A stretch of DNA of 64,000 bases from Eledone cirrhosa (lineage: Eukaryota): assembly GCA_964016885.1 (NCBI GenBank), contig OZ024744.1, positions 34,410,001-34,474,000 of the forward strand, written 5' to 3'. The notes under the pieces are model-generated. The model was given only the letters and a program-made list of their open reading frames with translations, was not told where the DNA came from and searched no databases. Each line of letters starts with the position of its first letter. Positions within the stretch are counted from its first letter, which is position 1. Positions 28,901 through 42,000 of this stretch are shown piece by piece. A program made the position numbers and the translations under genes.

Positions 28901-31900
28901 CGTGTCCTGGGTGCCTTTTATTGTGACGCCGCCATGAACACTTTACAGTGTGGACTGGGTGCCTTTTGTTGTGACGCCGACATGACAACTTTACAGTATA
29001 GACTGGGTGCCTTTTGTTGTGAGGCCGACATGACCACTTTACTCTATGGACTGGGTGACTTTTGTTGTGGCGCCGACATGACCACTTTACAGTGTTGCCT
29101 GTGTGTCTTTTGTTGTGACGCCAACATGACCACTTTACAGTGTGGACTGGGTGCCTTTTGTTGTGACGCCGACATGACCAGTTTACAATGTGGACTGGAT
29201 GTTTTTTGTTGTGAGCCTACATGACCACTTTACAGTGTGGAATGGATGCCTTTTGTTGTGACGCCGACATGACCACATTACAGTGTGGACTGGGTGCCTT
29301 TAGTTGTGACACCGACATGACCACTTTACTGTATGGACTGGGTGCCTTATGTTGTGACTCCGACATGAACACTTTACAGTGTGGGCTGGGTGCCTTTTGT
29401 TGTGAGGCCTACATAACCACTTTACAGTGTGGTCTGGGTGACTATTGTTGTGACGCCAACATGACCACTTTACAGTGTGGACTGGGTGCCTTTTGTTGTG
29501 ACGCCGACATGACCACTTTACATGCTGGACTGGGTGCCTTTTGTTGTGACGCCGACATGACCACTTTACAGTGTGGACTGGGTGCCTTTTGTTGTGACAC
29601 CGACATGAACACTGTACTGTATGGACTGGGTGCCTTTTGTTGTGAGGCCGACATGACCACATTACAGTGTGGGCTGGGTGCTTTTGTTGTGACACCTACA
29701 TGACCACTTTACAGTTTCGAATGGGTGCCTTTTGTTGTGAGGCCGACATGACCACTTTACTGTATGGACTGGGTGCCTTATGTTGTGACGCCGACATGAC
29801 CACTTTACAGTGTGGGCTGGGTGTCTTTTGTTGTGACACCGACATAACCACTTTACAGTGTGGCTTGGGTGCCTTTTGTTGTGACGCCGACATGACCACT
29901 TTACAGTGTGGACTGGGTGCCTTTTGTTGTGCGCGCCATGAACACTTTACAGTGTTGTCTGCGTGCCTTTTGTTGTGACACCTACATGACCAATTTACAG
30001 TGCCGAATGGGTGCTTTTTGTTGTGACGCCGACATGAAAACTTGACAGTGTGGACTGGTTGCCTTTTGTTGTAACGCCGACATGACCACTTTACAGTGTC
30101 GTATGGGTGCCTTTTGTTGTGACGCCGACATGACCACTTTACTGTATGGACTGGGTGCCTTATGTTGTGACTCCGACATGAACACTTTACAGTGAAGGGC
30201 TGGGTGTCTTTTGTTGTGAGGCCTACATAACCACTTTACAGTGTGGTCTGGGTGCATTTTGTTGTTACGCCGACATGACCACTTTACTGTATGGACTGGG
30301 TGCCTTTTGTTGTGACGCCGACATGACCACTTTACAGTGTGGGCTGGGTGCCTTTTGTTGTGACTCCGACATGACCACTTTACAGTGTGGACTGGGTGCC
30401 TTATGTTGTGACGCCGACATGACCACTTTACAGTGTGGACTGGCTGCCTTTTGTTGTGACACCTACATGACCACTTTACAGTGTGGGCGGCGGGCCTTTT
30501 GTTGTGACTCCGACATGACCACTTTACAGTGTGGACTGGCTGCCTTTTGTTGTGACGCCGACATGACCACTTTACAGTGTGGACTGAGTGCCTTTTGTTG
30601 TGACGACGACATAACCACTTTAGAGTATGGACTGGGTGCCTTTTATTGTGAGCCGACATGTCCAATTTACTGTATGGACTGGGGGCCTTATGTTGTGGCG
30701 CCGACATGACCACTTTACAGTGTGGGCTGGGTGCCTTTTGTTTGACGCCGACATAACCACTTTACAGTGTGGGCTGGGTGTCTTTAGTTGTGACGCCAAC
30801 ATGACCACTTTACTGTATGGACTGGGGGCCTTATGTTGTGGCGCCGACATGAACACTTTACAGTGTGGGCTGGGTGCCTTTTGTTGTGAGGCCTACATAA
30901 CCACTTTACAGTGTGGTCTGGGTGACTATTGTTGTGACGCCAACATGACCACTTTACAGTGTGGACTGGGTGCCTTTTGTTGTGACGCCGACATGACCAC
31001 TTTACATGCTGGACTGGGTGCCTTTTGTTGTGACGCCGACATGACCACTTTACAGTGTGGACTGGGTGCCTTTTGTTGTGACACCTACATGACCACTTTA
31101 CAGTTTCGAATGAGTGCCTTTTGTTGTGAGGCCGACATGACCACTTTACTGTATGGACTGGGTGCCTTATGTTGTGACGCCGACATGACCACTTTACAGT
31201 GTGGGCTGGGTGTCTTTTGTTGTGACACCGACATAACCACTTTACAGTGTGGCTTGGGTGCCTTTTGTTGTGACGCCGACATGACCACTTTACAGTGTGG
31301 ACTGGGTGCCTTTTGTTGTGCGCGCCATGAACACTTTACAGTGTTGTCTGCGTGCCTTTTGTTGTGACACCTACAGGACCAATTTACAGTGCCGAATGGG
31401 TGCTTTTTGTTGTGACGCCGACATGAAAACTTGACAGTGTGGACTGGTTGCCTTTTGTTGTAACGCCGACATGACCACTTTACAGTGTCGTATGGGTGCC
31501 TTTTGTTGTGACGCCGACATGACCACTTTACTGTATGGACTGGGTGCCTTATGTTGTGACACCGACATGAACACTTTACAGTGTGGGCTGGGTGCCTTTT
31601 GTTGTGAGGCCTACATAACCACTTTACAGTGTGGTCTGGGTGCATTTTGTTGTTACGCCGACATGACCACTTTACTGTATGGACTGGGTGCCTTTTGTTG
31701 TGACGCCGACATGACCACTTTACAGTGTGGGCTGGGTGCCTTTTGTTGTGACTCCGACATGACCACTTTACAGTGTGGACTGGGTGCCTTATGTTGTGAC
31801 GCCGACATGACCACTTTACAGTGTGGACTGGCTGCCTTTTGTTGTGACACCTACATGACCACTTTACAGTGTGGGCTGGGTGCCTTTTGTTGTGACTCCG

Positions 31901-34900
31901 ACATGACCACTTTACAGTGTGGACTGGCTGCCTTTTGTTGTGACGCCGACATGACCACTTTACAGTGTGGACTGAGTGTCTTTTGTTGTGACGACGACAT
32001 AACCACTTTAGAGTATGGACTGGGTGCCTTTTATTGTGAGCCGACATGACCAATTTACTGTATGGACTGGGGGCCTTATGTTGTGGCGCCGACATGACCA
32101 CTTTACAGTGTGGGCTGGGTGCCTTTTGTTTGACGCCGACATAACCACTTTACAGTGTGGGCTGGGTGTCTTTAGTTGTGACGCCAACATGACCACTTTA
32201 CTGTATGGACTGGGGGCCTTATGTTGTGGCGCCGACATGACCACTTTACAGTGTGGGCTGGGTGCCTTTTGTTGTGACGCCGACATGAAAACTTGACAGT
32301 ATGGACTGGGTGCCTTTTGTTGTAACGCCGACATGACCACTTTACAATGTGGACTGGGCGCCTTTTGTCGTGACGCCGACATGACCACTTTACTGTATGG
32401 CCTGGGTGCCTTATGTTGTGACGCTGAGGTGACCACTTTACAGAGTGGACTGGGTGCCTTTTGTTGTGACACCGACATGACCACTTTACAGTGAGGACTT
32501 GGTGCCTTTTGTTGTGACACCGACATGACCACTTTATAGTGTCGAATGGGTGCCTTTGGTTGTGACGCCGACATGACCACTTTACAGTATCGAATGGGTG
32601 CCTCTTGTTGTGACACCGACATGACCACTTTACAGTGTGGACTGGGTGCCTTTTGTTGTGACGCCGACATGACCACTTTACAGTATCGAATGGGTGCCTT
32701 TGGCTGTGACGCCGACATGAACACTTTAGAGCGTGTCCTGGGTGCCTTTTATTGTGACGCCGCCATGAACACTTTACAGTGTGGACTGGGTGCCTTTTGT
32801 TGTGACGCCGACATGACAACTTTACAGTATAGACTGGGTGCCTTTTGTTGTGAGGCCGACATGACCACTTTACTCTATGGACTGGGTGACTTTTGTTGTG
32901 GCGCCGACATGACCACTTTACAGTGTTGCCTGTGTGTCTTTTGTTGTGACGCCAACATGACCACTTTACAGTGTGGACTGGGTGCCTTTTGTTGTGACGC
33001 CGACATGACCAGTTTACAATGTGGACTGGATGTTTTTTGTTGTGAGCCTACATGACCACTTTACAGTGTGGAATGGATGCCTTTTGTTGTGACGCCGACA
33101 TGACCACATTACAGTGTGGACTGGGTGCCTTTAGTTGTGACACCGACATGACCACTTTACAGTCTGGACTGGGTGCCTATGTTGTGACTACGACATGACC
33201 ACTTCACAGTGTGGACTGGGTGTCTTTTGTTGTGACGCCGACATGACCACTTTATAGTGTGGACTGAGTGCCTTTTGTTGTGACACCTACATGACCACTT
33301 TAGAGTATGGACTGGGTGTTTTTAGTTGTGACGCCGAGATGACCACTTTACAGTGTGGGTTGGGTACCTTTTGTTGTGAGCCGACATGACAACTTTACAG
33401 TGTGGACTGGGTGCATTTTGTTGTGACACCTACATGACCACTTTAGAGTATGGACTGGGTGTTTTTAGTTGTGACGCCGAGATGACCAGTTTACAGTGTG
33501 GACTGGATGTTTTTGTTGTGAGCCGACATGACAACTTTACAGTGTGGACTGGGTGCATTTTGTTGTGTCGCCGACATGACCACATTAGAGTGTGGAATGG
33601 GTTCCTTTTGTTGTGACGCCGACCTGACCACTTTACAGTGTGGACTGGGTGCCTTTTGTTGTGACACCTACATGACCACTTTACAGTGTCGAATGGGTGC
33701 CTTTGGTTGTGACGCCGACATGACCACTTTACAGTGTCGAATGGGTGCCTTTGGTTGTGACGCCGACATGAACACTTTACAGTGTGGACTGGGTGCCTTT
33801 TGTTGTGACGCCGACATGAACACTTTACAGTGTCGATTGGGTGCCTTTGGTTGTGACTCCGACATGACCACTTTACAGTGTTGGACTGGATGCCTTTTGT
33901 TGTGCGCCGCCATGAACACTTTACAGTGTCGAATGGGTGCCTTTTGTTGTGACGCCGACATGACCACTTTACTGTATGGACTGGGTGCCTTTTGTTGTGA
34001 CGCCGACATGACCACTTGACAGTATGGACTGGGTGCCTTTTGTTGTAACGCCAACATGACCACTTTACAGTGTGGACTGGGTGCCTTTTCTTGTGCCGCC
34101 GATATGACCACTTTACAGTGTGGTCTGGGTGGCTTTTGTTGTGACACCGACATGACCACTTTAGAGTATGGACTGGGTGCCTTTTGTTGTGACGCCAACA
34201 TGACCACCTTACTGTATGGACTGGGTGCCTTATGTTGTGAGGCCGACATAACCACTTTACAGTGTGGGCTGGGTGTCTTTTGTTGTGAGACCAACAGACA
34301 ACTTTACAGTGTGGCCTTTTGTTGTGTCGCCGACATGACCACTTTACAGTGTGGGCTGGGTGTTTTTTGTTGTGAGCCGACATGACCAAGTTAGAGTGTG
34401 GACTGGGTGCTTTTGTTGTGACACCTACATGACTTCTTTACAGTGCCGAACGGGTGCCTTTTGTTGTGACGCCGACATGAACACTTTACAGTGTGGACTG
34501 GGTGCTTTTTGTTGCGGCACCGACATGACCATTTTACAGTGTGGTCTGGGTGCTTTTGTTGTGACGCCGACATGACCACTTTACTGTATGGACTGGGTTC
34601 CTTTTGTTGTGATGCCGACATGACCACTTTACAGTGTGGACTGGGTGCCTTTTGTTGTGACATCGACATGACCACTTTACTGTATGGACTGGGTGCCTTT
34701 TGTTGTGATGCCGACATGACCACTTTACAGTGTGGACTGGGTGCCTTTTGTTGTGACATCGACATGACCACTTTACAGTATGGACTGGGTGCCTTATGTT
34801 GTGACTCCGACATGACCACTTTATAGTGTGGACTAGGTGCCTTTTGTTGTGACGCCGACATTACCACTTTACAGTATGGAGTGGGTGCCTTATGTTGTGA

Positions 34901-35315
34901 CGCCGACATGACCACTTTACAGTGTGGACTGGGTGCATTTTGTTGTGACGCCCGACATGACCTCTTTACAGTGTGGACTGGGTGACTTTTGTTGTGACGC
35001 CGGCATGACCACTTCACAGTGTGGACTGGGTGCCTTTTCTTATGACGCCGACATGACCACTTTACAGTGTGGACTGGGTGCCTTTAGTTTGGACGCCGCC
35101 ATGACTACTTTACAGTGTGGACTGGGTTCCTTTTGTTGTGACGTTGACATGACACTTTACAGTGTGGGCTGGGTGCCTTTTGTTGTGACGCCGATATGAC
35201 CACTTTACAGTGTCGAATGGGTGCCTTTGGTTGTGACACCGACATGACCACTTTACAGTGTGGACTGGGTGCCTTTTGTTGTGCGCCGCCATGAACACTT
35301 TACAGTGTGGACTGG
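7960..35315. repeat. Large tandem duplication within the satellite: copy 1 ~7960-18915, internally expanded copy 2 ~18915-35315
   Basis: Private variants recur at fixed offsets. CATTACAGTGGGGGCTGG is at 10201/21191 and TTTTTTTTTGTGGAGCC at 10461/21451 (both +10990). AGCGTGTCCTG is at 16331/28899/32730 (+12568, +16399). Boundaries are approximate. Confidence 0.85.
25490..33150. repeat. 3831-bp (~80-mer) tandem higher-order duplication
   Basis: The private variant GTGAAGGGCT is at 26361 and 30192. ORF pairs 25836/29667, 26796/30627, 27640/31471 and 28715/32546 are all offset by 3831. Confidence 0.92.
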
Positions 35316-38300
35316 GTGCCTTTTGTTGTGACGCCGACATGACCACTTTACTGTATGGACTGGGTGCCTTTTGTTGTGACGCCGACATGACCAGTTGACA
35401 GTATGGACTGGGTGCCTTTTGTTGTAACGCCAACATGACCACTTTACAGTGTGGACTGGGTGCCTTTAGTTGTGACGCCGACATGACTACTTTACAGTGT
35501 GGATTGGGTGCCTTTTGTTGTGACGCCGACATGACCACTTTACAGTGTGGACTGGGTGCCTTTGTTGCGACGACGACATGACCACTTTACAGTGTGGGCT
35601 GGGTTTCTTTTGTTGTGACGTTGACATGACACTTTACAGTGTGGACTGGGTGCCTTTTGTTGTGACGCCGATATGACCACTTTACAGTGTGGACTGGGTG
35701 CCTTTTGTTGTGACGCTGACATGACCACATTACAGTGTGGACTGGGTTCCTTTTGTTGTGACGCCGACATGACCACTTTACAGTGTGGACTGAGTGTCTT
35801 TGTTGCGGCGCCGATATGACCATTTTACAGTGCGGACTGGGTGTCTTTTGTTGTGATGCCGACATGACCACTTTACAGTATGGACTGGGTCCTTTTTGTT
35901 GTAACGCCGACATGACCACTTTACTGTATGGACTGGGTGCCTTTTGTTGTGACACCCGACATGACCTCTTTACAGTGTGGACTGGGTGCCTTTTGTTGTG
36001 ACGCCGACATGACCACTTTAAAGTGTGGACTGGGTGTCTTTGTTGCGGCGCCGACATGACCACTTTACAGTTTGGACTGGGTGCCTTTTGATGTGACGCC
36101 CGACATGACCTCTTTACAGTGTGGTCTGGGTGCCTTTTGTTGTGACGCCGACATGACCACTTTACAGTGTGGACTGGGTACCTTTGTTGCGACGACGACA
36201 TGACCACTTTACAGTGTGGAGTGGGTGCCTTATGTTGTGACGTCGACATGACACTTTACAGTGTGGACTGGGTGCCTTTTGTTGTGACGCCGACATGACC
36301 ACTTTACAGTGTGGACTGGGTGCTTTTGTTGTGACGCCGACATGACCACTTTACTGTATGGACTGGGTGCCTTTTGTTGTGATGCGGACATGACCACTTT
36401 ACAGTGTGGACTGGGTGCCTTTTGTTTTGACATCGATATGACCACTTTACAGTGTGGACTGGGTGAATTATTTTGTGACGCCGACATCACCACTTTACAG
36501 TGTGGACTGGGTGCCTTTTGTTGTGACGCTGACATGACCACTTTACAGTGTGGGCTAGGTGCCTTTTGTTGCGACACAGACATGACAACTTTACAGTGTA
36601 GAGTGGGTGCCTTTTGTTGTGAGGCCGACATGACCAGTTTACAGTGTGGACTGGATGTTTTTTGTTGTGAGCCTAGTGACCACTTTACAGTGTGGACTGG
36701 GTGCCTTTTGTTTTGACATCGATATGACCTCTTTACAGTGTGGACTGGGTGAATTATTTTGTGACGCCGATATGACCACTTTACAGTGCTGACTGGGTGT
36801 CTTTTGTTGTGATGCCGACATGACCACTTTACAGTGTGGACTGGGTGCCTTTTGTTGTGATGCCGACATGACCACTTTACAGTATGGACTGGGTCCTTTT
36901 TGTTGTAACGCCGACATGACCACTTTACTGTATGGACTGGGTGCCTTTTGTTGTGACGCCCGACATGACCTCTTTACAGTGTGGACTGGGTGCCTTTTGT
37001 TGTGACGCCGACATGACCACTTTAAAGTGTGGACTGGGTGTCTTTGTTGCGGCGCCGACATGACAACTTTACAGTTTGGACTGGGTGCCTTTTGATGTGA
37101 CGCCCGACATGACCTCTTTACAGTGTGGTCTGGGTGCCTTTTGTTGTGACGCCGACATGACCACTTTACAGTGTGGACTGGGTGCCTTTTGTTGTGACGC
37201 CGACATGACCACTTTACAGTGTGGACTGGGTGCCTTTTGTTGTGACGCCGACATGACCACTTTACAGTGTGGACTGGGTGCCTTTTGTTGTGACGCCGAC
37301 ATGACCACTTTACAGTGTGGACTGGGTGCCTTTGTTGCGACGACGACATGACCAATTTACAGTGTGGAGTGGGTGCCTTATGTTGTGACGTCGACATGAC
37401 ACTTTACAGTGTGGACTGGGTGCCTTTTGTTGTGACACCTACATGACCACTTTAGAGTATGGACTGGGTGTTTTTTGTTGTGACGCCGACATGACCACTT
37501 TACAGTGTGGACTGGGTGCCTTTTGTTGTGAGCCGACATGACTTCTTTACAGTGTGGGCTTGGTGCCTTTTGTTGTGACGCCGACATGACCACTTTACAG
37601 TGTGGGCTGGGTGCCTTTTGTTGTGACGCCGACATGACCACATTACAGTGTGGACTGGGTTCCTTTTGTTGTGACGCCGACATGACCACTTTACAGTATG
37701 GACTGGGTGCCTTTGTTGCGGCGCCGATATGACCACTCTACAGTGCGGAATGGGTGCCTTTTTTTGTGATGCCGACATTTCCACTTTACAGTGTGGACTG
37801 GGTGCCTTATGTTGTGACTCCGACATGACCAATTTACAGTGTGGACTGGGTGACTTATGTTGTGACGCCGAGGTGACCACTTTACAGTGTGGGCTGCGTG
37901 CCTTTTTTTGTGACGCCGACATGACCAGTTTACAGTGTGGACTGGATGTTTTTTGTTGTGAGCCGACATGACCACTTTACAGTGAGGACTGGGTGCTTTT
38001 TGTTGTGACACCTACATGACCACTTTACAGTGTCGAATGGGTGCCTTTGGTTGTGTCGCCGACATGAACACTCTACAGTGTGGACTGGGTGCCTTTTGTT
38101 GTGACGCCGCCATGAACACTTTACAGTGTCGAATGGGTGCCTTTGGTTGTGACTCCGACATGACCACTTTACAGTGTTGGACTGGGTGCCTTTTGTTGTG
38201 CGCCGCCATGAACACTTTACAGTGGAGATTGGGTGCCTTTTGTTGCGACACCGACATGACCACTTTACTGTATGGACTGGGTGCCTTTTGTTGTGACGCC

Positions 38301-39059
38301 GACATGACCACTTGACAGTATGGACTGGGTGCCTTTTGTTGTAACGCCAACATGACCACTTTACAGTGTGGACTGGGTGCCTTTTCTTGTGACTCCGACA
38401 TGACCACTTTACAGTGTGGTCTGGGTGCCTTTTGTTGTGACACCGACATGACCACTTTAGAGTATGGACTGGGTGCCTTTTGTTGTGACGCCAATATGAC
38501 CACCTTACTGTATGGACTGGGTGCCTTATGTTGTGAGGCCGACATAATCACTTTACAGTGTGGGCTGGGTGTCTTTTGTTGTGAGACCAACGGACAACTT
38601 TACAGTGTGGCCTTTTGTTGTGTCGCCGACATGACCACTTTACAGTGTGGGCTGGGTGCCTTTTTTTGTGACGCCGACATGACCACTTTACAGTGTGGAC
38701 TGGGTGTTTTTTGTTGTGAGCCGACATGACCAATTTAGAGTGTGGACTGGGTGCCTTTTGTTGTGACACCTACATGACCTCTTTACAGTGCCGAATGGGT
38801 GCCTTTTGTTGTGCGCCGCCATGAACACTTTACAGTGTGGACTGGGTGCTTTTGTTGTGACGCCGACATGACCACTTTACTGTATGGACTGGGTGCCTTT
38901 TGTTGTGATGCCGACATGACCACTTTACAGTGTGGACTGGGTGCCTTTTGTTGTGACATCGACATGACCACTTTACTGTATGGACTGGGTGCCTTTTGTT
39001 GTGACTCCGACATGACCAATTTACAGTGTAGGCTGGGTGCCTTATGTTGTGACGCCAAC

Positions 39060-42000
39060 ATGACCACTTTACAGTGTGGACTGGGTGCCTTTTGTTGTGA
39101 CGCCGACATGACCAGTTTAGAGTATGGACTGTGTGCCTTTTTTGTGACGCCGACATGACCACTTTACTGTATGGACTGGGTGCCTTATGTTGTGATTCCG
39201 ACATGACCACTTTACTGTGTGGGCTGTGTGCCTTTTGTTGTGACGCCGAGGTGACCACTTTACAGTGTGGGCTGGGTGCCTTTTGTTGTGACGCCGACAT
39301 AACCAGTTTACAGTGTGGTCTGGATGTTTTTTGTTGTGAGCCGACATGACCACTTTACAGTGTGGACTGGGTGCCTTTTGTTGTGACACCTACATGACCA
39401 CTTTACAGTGTCGAATGGGTGCCTTTCGTTGTGACGCCGACATGACCACATTACAGTGTGGACTGGGTTCCTTTGGTTGTGACGCCGACATGAACACTTT
39501 ACAGTCTCGAATGGGTGCCTTTGGTTGTGACTCCGACATGACCACTTTACAGTGTGGACTGGGTGCCTTTTGTTGTGCGCCGCCATGAACACTTTACAGT
39601 GTGGACTGGGTGCCTTTTGTTGTGACGCCGACATGACCACTTGACAGTATGGACTGGGTGCCTTTTGTTGTAACGCCAACATGACCATTTTACAGTGTGG
39701 ACTGGGTGCCTTTTCTTGTGACGCCGACATGACCACTTTACAGTGTGGACTGGGTGCCTTTTCTTGTGACGCCAACATGACCATTTTACAGTGTGGACTG
39801 GGTGCCTTTTCTTGTAACGCCAACATGACCATTTTACAGTGTGGACTGGGTGCCTTTTCTTGTGACGCCGACATGACCACTTTAAAGTGTGGACTGGGTG
39901 CCTATTCTTGTGACGCCGACATGACCACTTTACAGTGTGGTCTGGGTGCCTTTTCTTGTGACGCCGACATGACCACTTTACAGTGTGGTCTGGGTGCCTT
40001 TTGTTATGAGACCAACAGACAACTTTACAGTGTGGCCTTTTGTTGTGTCGCCGACATGACCACTTTACAGTGTGGGCTGGGTGCCTTTTGTTGTGACGCC
40101 GACATGACCACTTTACAGTGTGGACTGGGTGTTTTTTGTTGTGAGCCGACATGACCAATTTTGAGTGTGGACTGGGTGCCTTTTGTTGCGGCACCGACAT
40201 GACCACTTTACAGTGTGGACTGGGTGCTTTTGTTGTGACGCCGACATGACGACTTTACTGTATGGACTGGGTGACTTTTGTTGTGATGCCGACATAACCA
40301 CTTTACAGTGTGGACTGGATGCCTTTTGTTGTGACATCGACATGACCACTTTACAGTATGGACTGGGTGCCTTATGTTGTGACTCCGACATGACCACTTC
40401 ATAGTGTGGACTAGGTGCCTTTTGTTGTGACGCCGACATTACCACTTTACAGTATGGAGTGGGTGCCTTTTGTTGTGACGCCGATATGACCACTTTACAG
40501 TGTGGACTGGGTGCCTTTTGTTGTGACATCGACATGACCACTTTACTGTATGGACTGTGTGCCTTTTGTTGTGATGCCGACATTACCACTTTACAGTGTG
40601 GACTGGGTGCCTTTTGTTTTGACATCGATATGACCACTTTGCAGTGTGGACTGGGTGAATTATTTTGTGACGCCGACATCACCACTTTACAGTATGGACT
40701 GGGTGCCTTATGTTGTGACTCCGACATGACCACTTTATAGTGTGGACTAGGTGCCTTTTGTTGTGACGCCGACATTACCACTTTACAGTATGGAGTGGGT
40801 GCCTTTTGTTGTGACGCCGATATGACTACTTTACAGTGTGGACTGGGTGCATTTTGTTATGACGCCCGACATGACCTCTTTACAGTGTGGACTGGGTGCC
40901 TTTTGTTGTGACGCCGGCATGACCACTTCACAGTGTGGACTGGGTGCCTTTTCTTATGACGCCGACATGACCACTTTACAGTGTGGACTGGGTGCCTTTA
41001 GTTGTGACGCCGACATGACTACTTTACAGTGTGGATTGGGTGCCTTTTGTTGTGACGCCGACATGACCACTTTACAGTGTGGACTGGGTGCCTTTGTTGC
41101 GACGACGACATGACCACTTTACAGTGTGGGCTGGGTTTCTTTTGTTGTGACGTTGACATGACACTTTACAGTGTGGACTGGGTGCCTTTTGTTGTGACGC
41201 CGATATGACCACTTTACAGTGTGGACTGGGTGCCTTTTGTTGTGACGCTGACATGACCACATTACAGTGTGGACTGGGTTCCTTTTGTTGTGAGCCGACA
41301 TGACCACTTTACAGTGTGGACTGAGTGTCTTTGTTGCGGCGCCGATATGACCACTTTACAGTGCGGACTGGGTGTCTTTTGTTGTGATGCCGACATGACC
41401 ACTTTACAGTATGGACTGGGTCCTTTTTGTTGTAACGCCGACATGACCACTTTACTGTATGGACTGGGTGCCTTTTGTTGTGACGCCCGACATGACCTCT
41501 TTACAGTGTGGACTGGGTGCCTTTTGTTGTGACGCCGACATGACCACTTTAAAGTGTGGACTGGGTGTCTTTGTTGCGGCGCCGACATGACCACTTTACA
41601 GTTTGGACTGGGTGCCTTTTGATGTGACGCCCGACATGACCTCTTTACAGTGTGGTCTGGGTGCCTTTTGTTGTGACGCCGACATGACCACTTTACAGTG
41701 TGGTCTGGGTGCCTTTGTTGCGACGACGACATGACCACTTTACAGTGTGGAGTGGGTGCCTTATGTTGTGACGTCGACATGACACTTTACAGTGTGGACT
41801 GGGTGCCTTTTGTTGTGACGCCGACATGACCACTTTACAGTGTGGACTGGGTGCTTTTGTTGTGACGCCGACATTACCACTTTACTGTATGGACTGTGTG
41901 CCTTTTGTTGTGATGCCGACATTACCACTTTACAGTGTGGACTGGGTGCCTTTTGTTTTGACATCGATATGACCACTTTACAGTGTGGACTGGGTGAATT

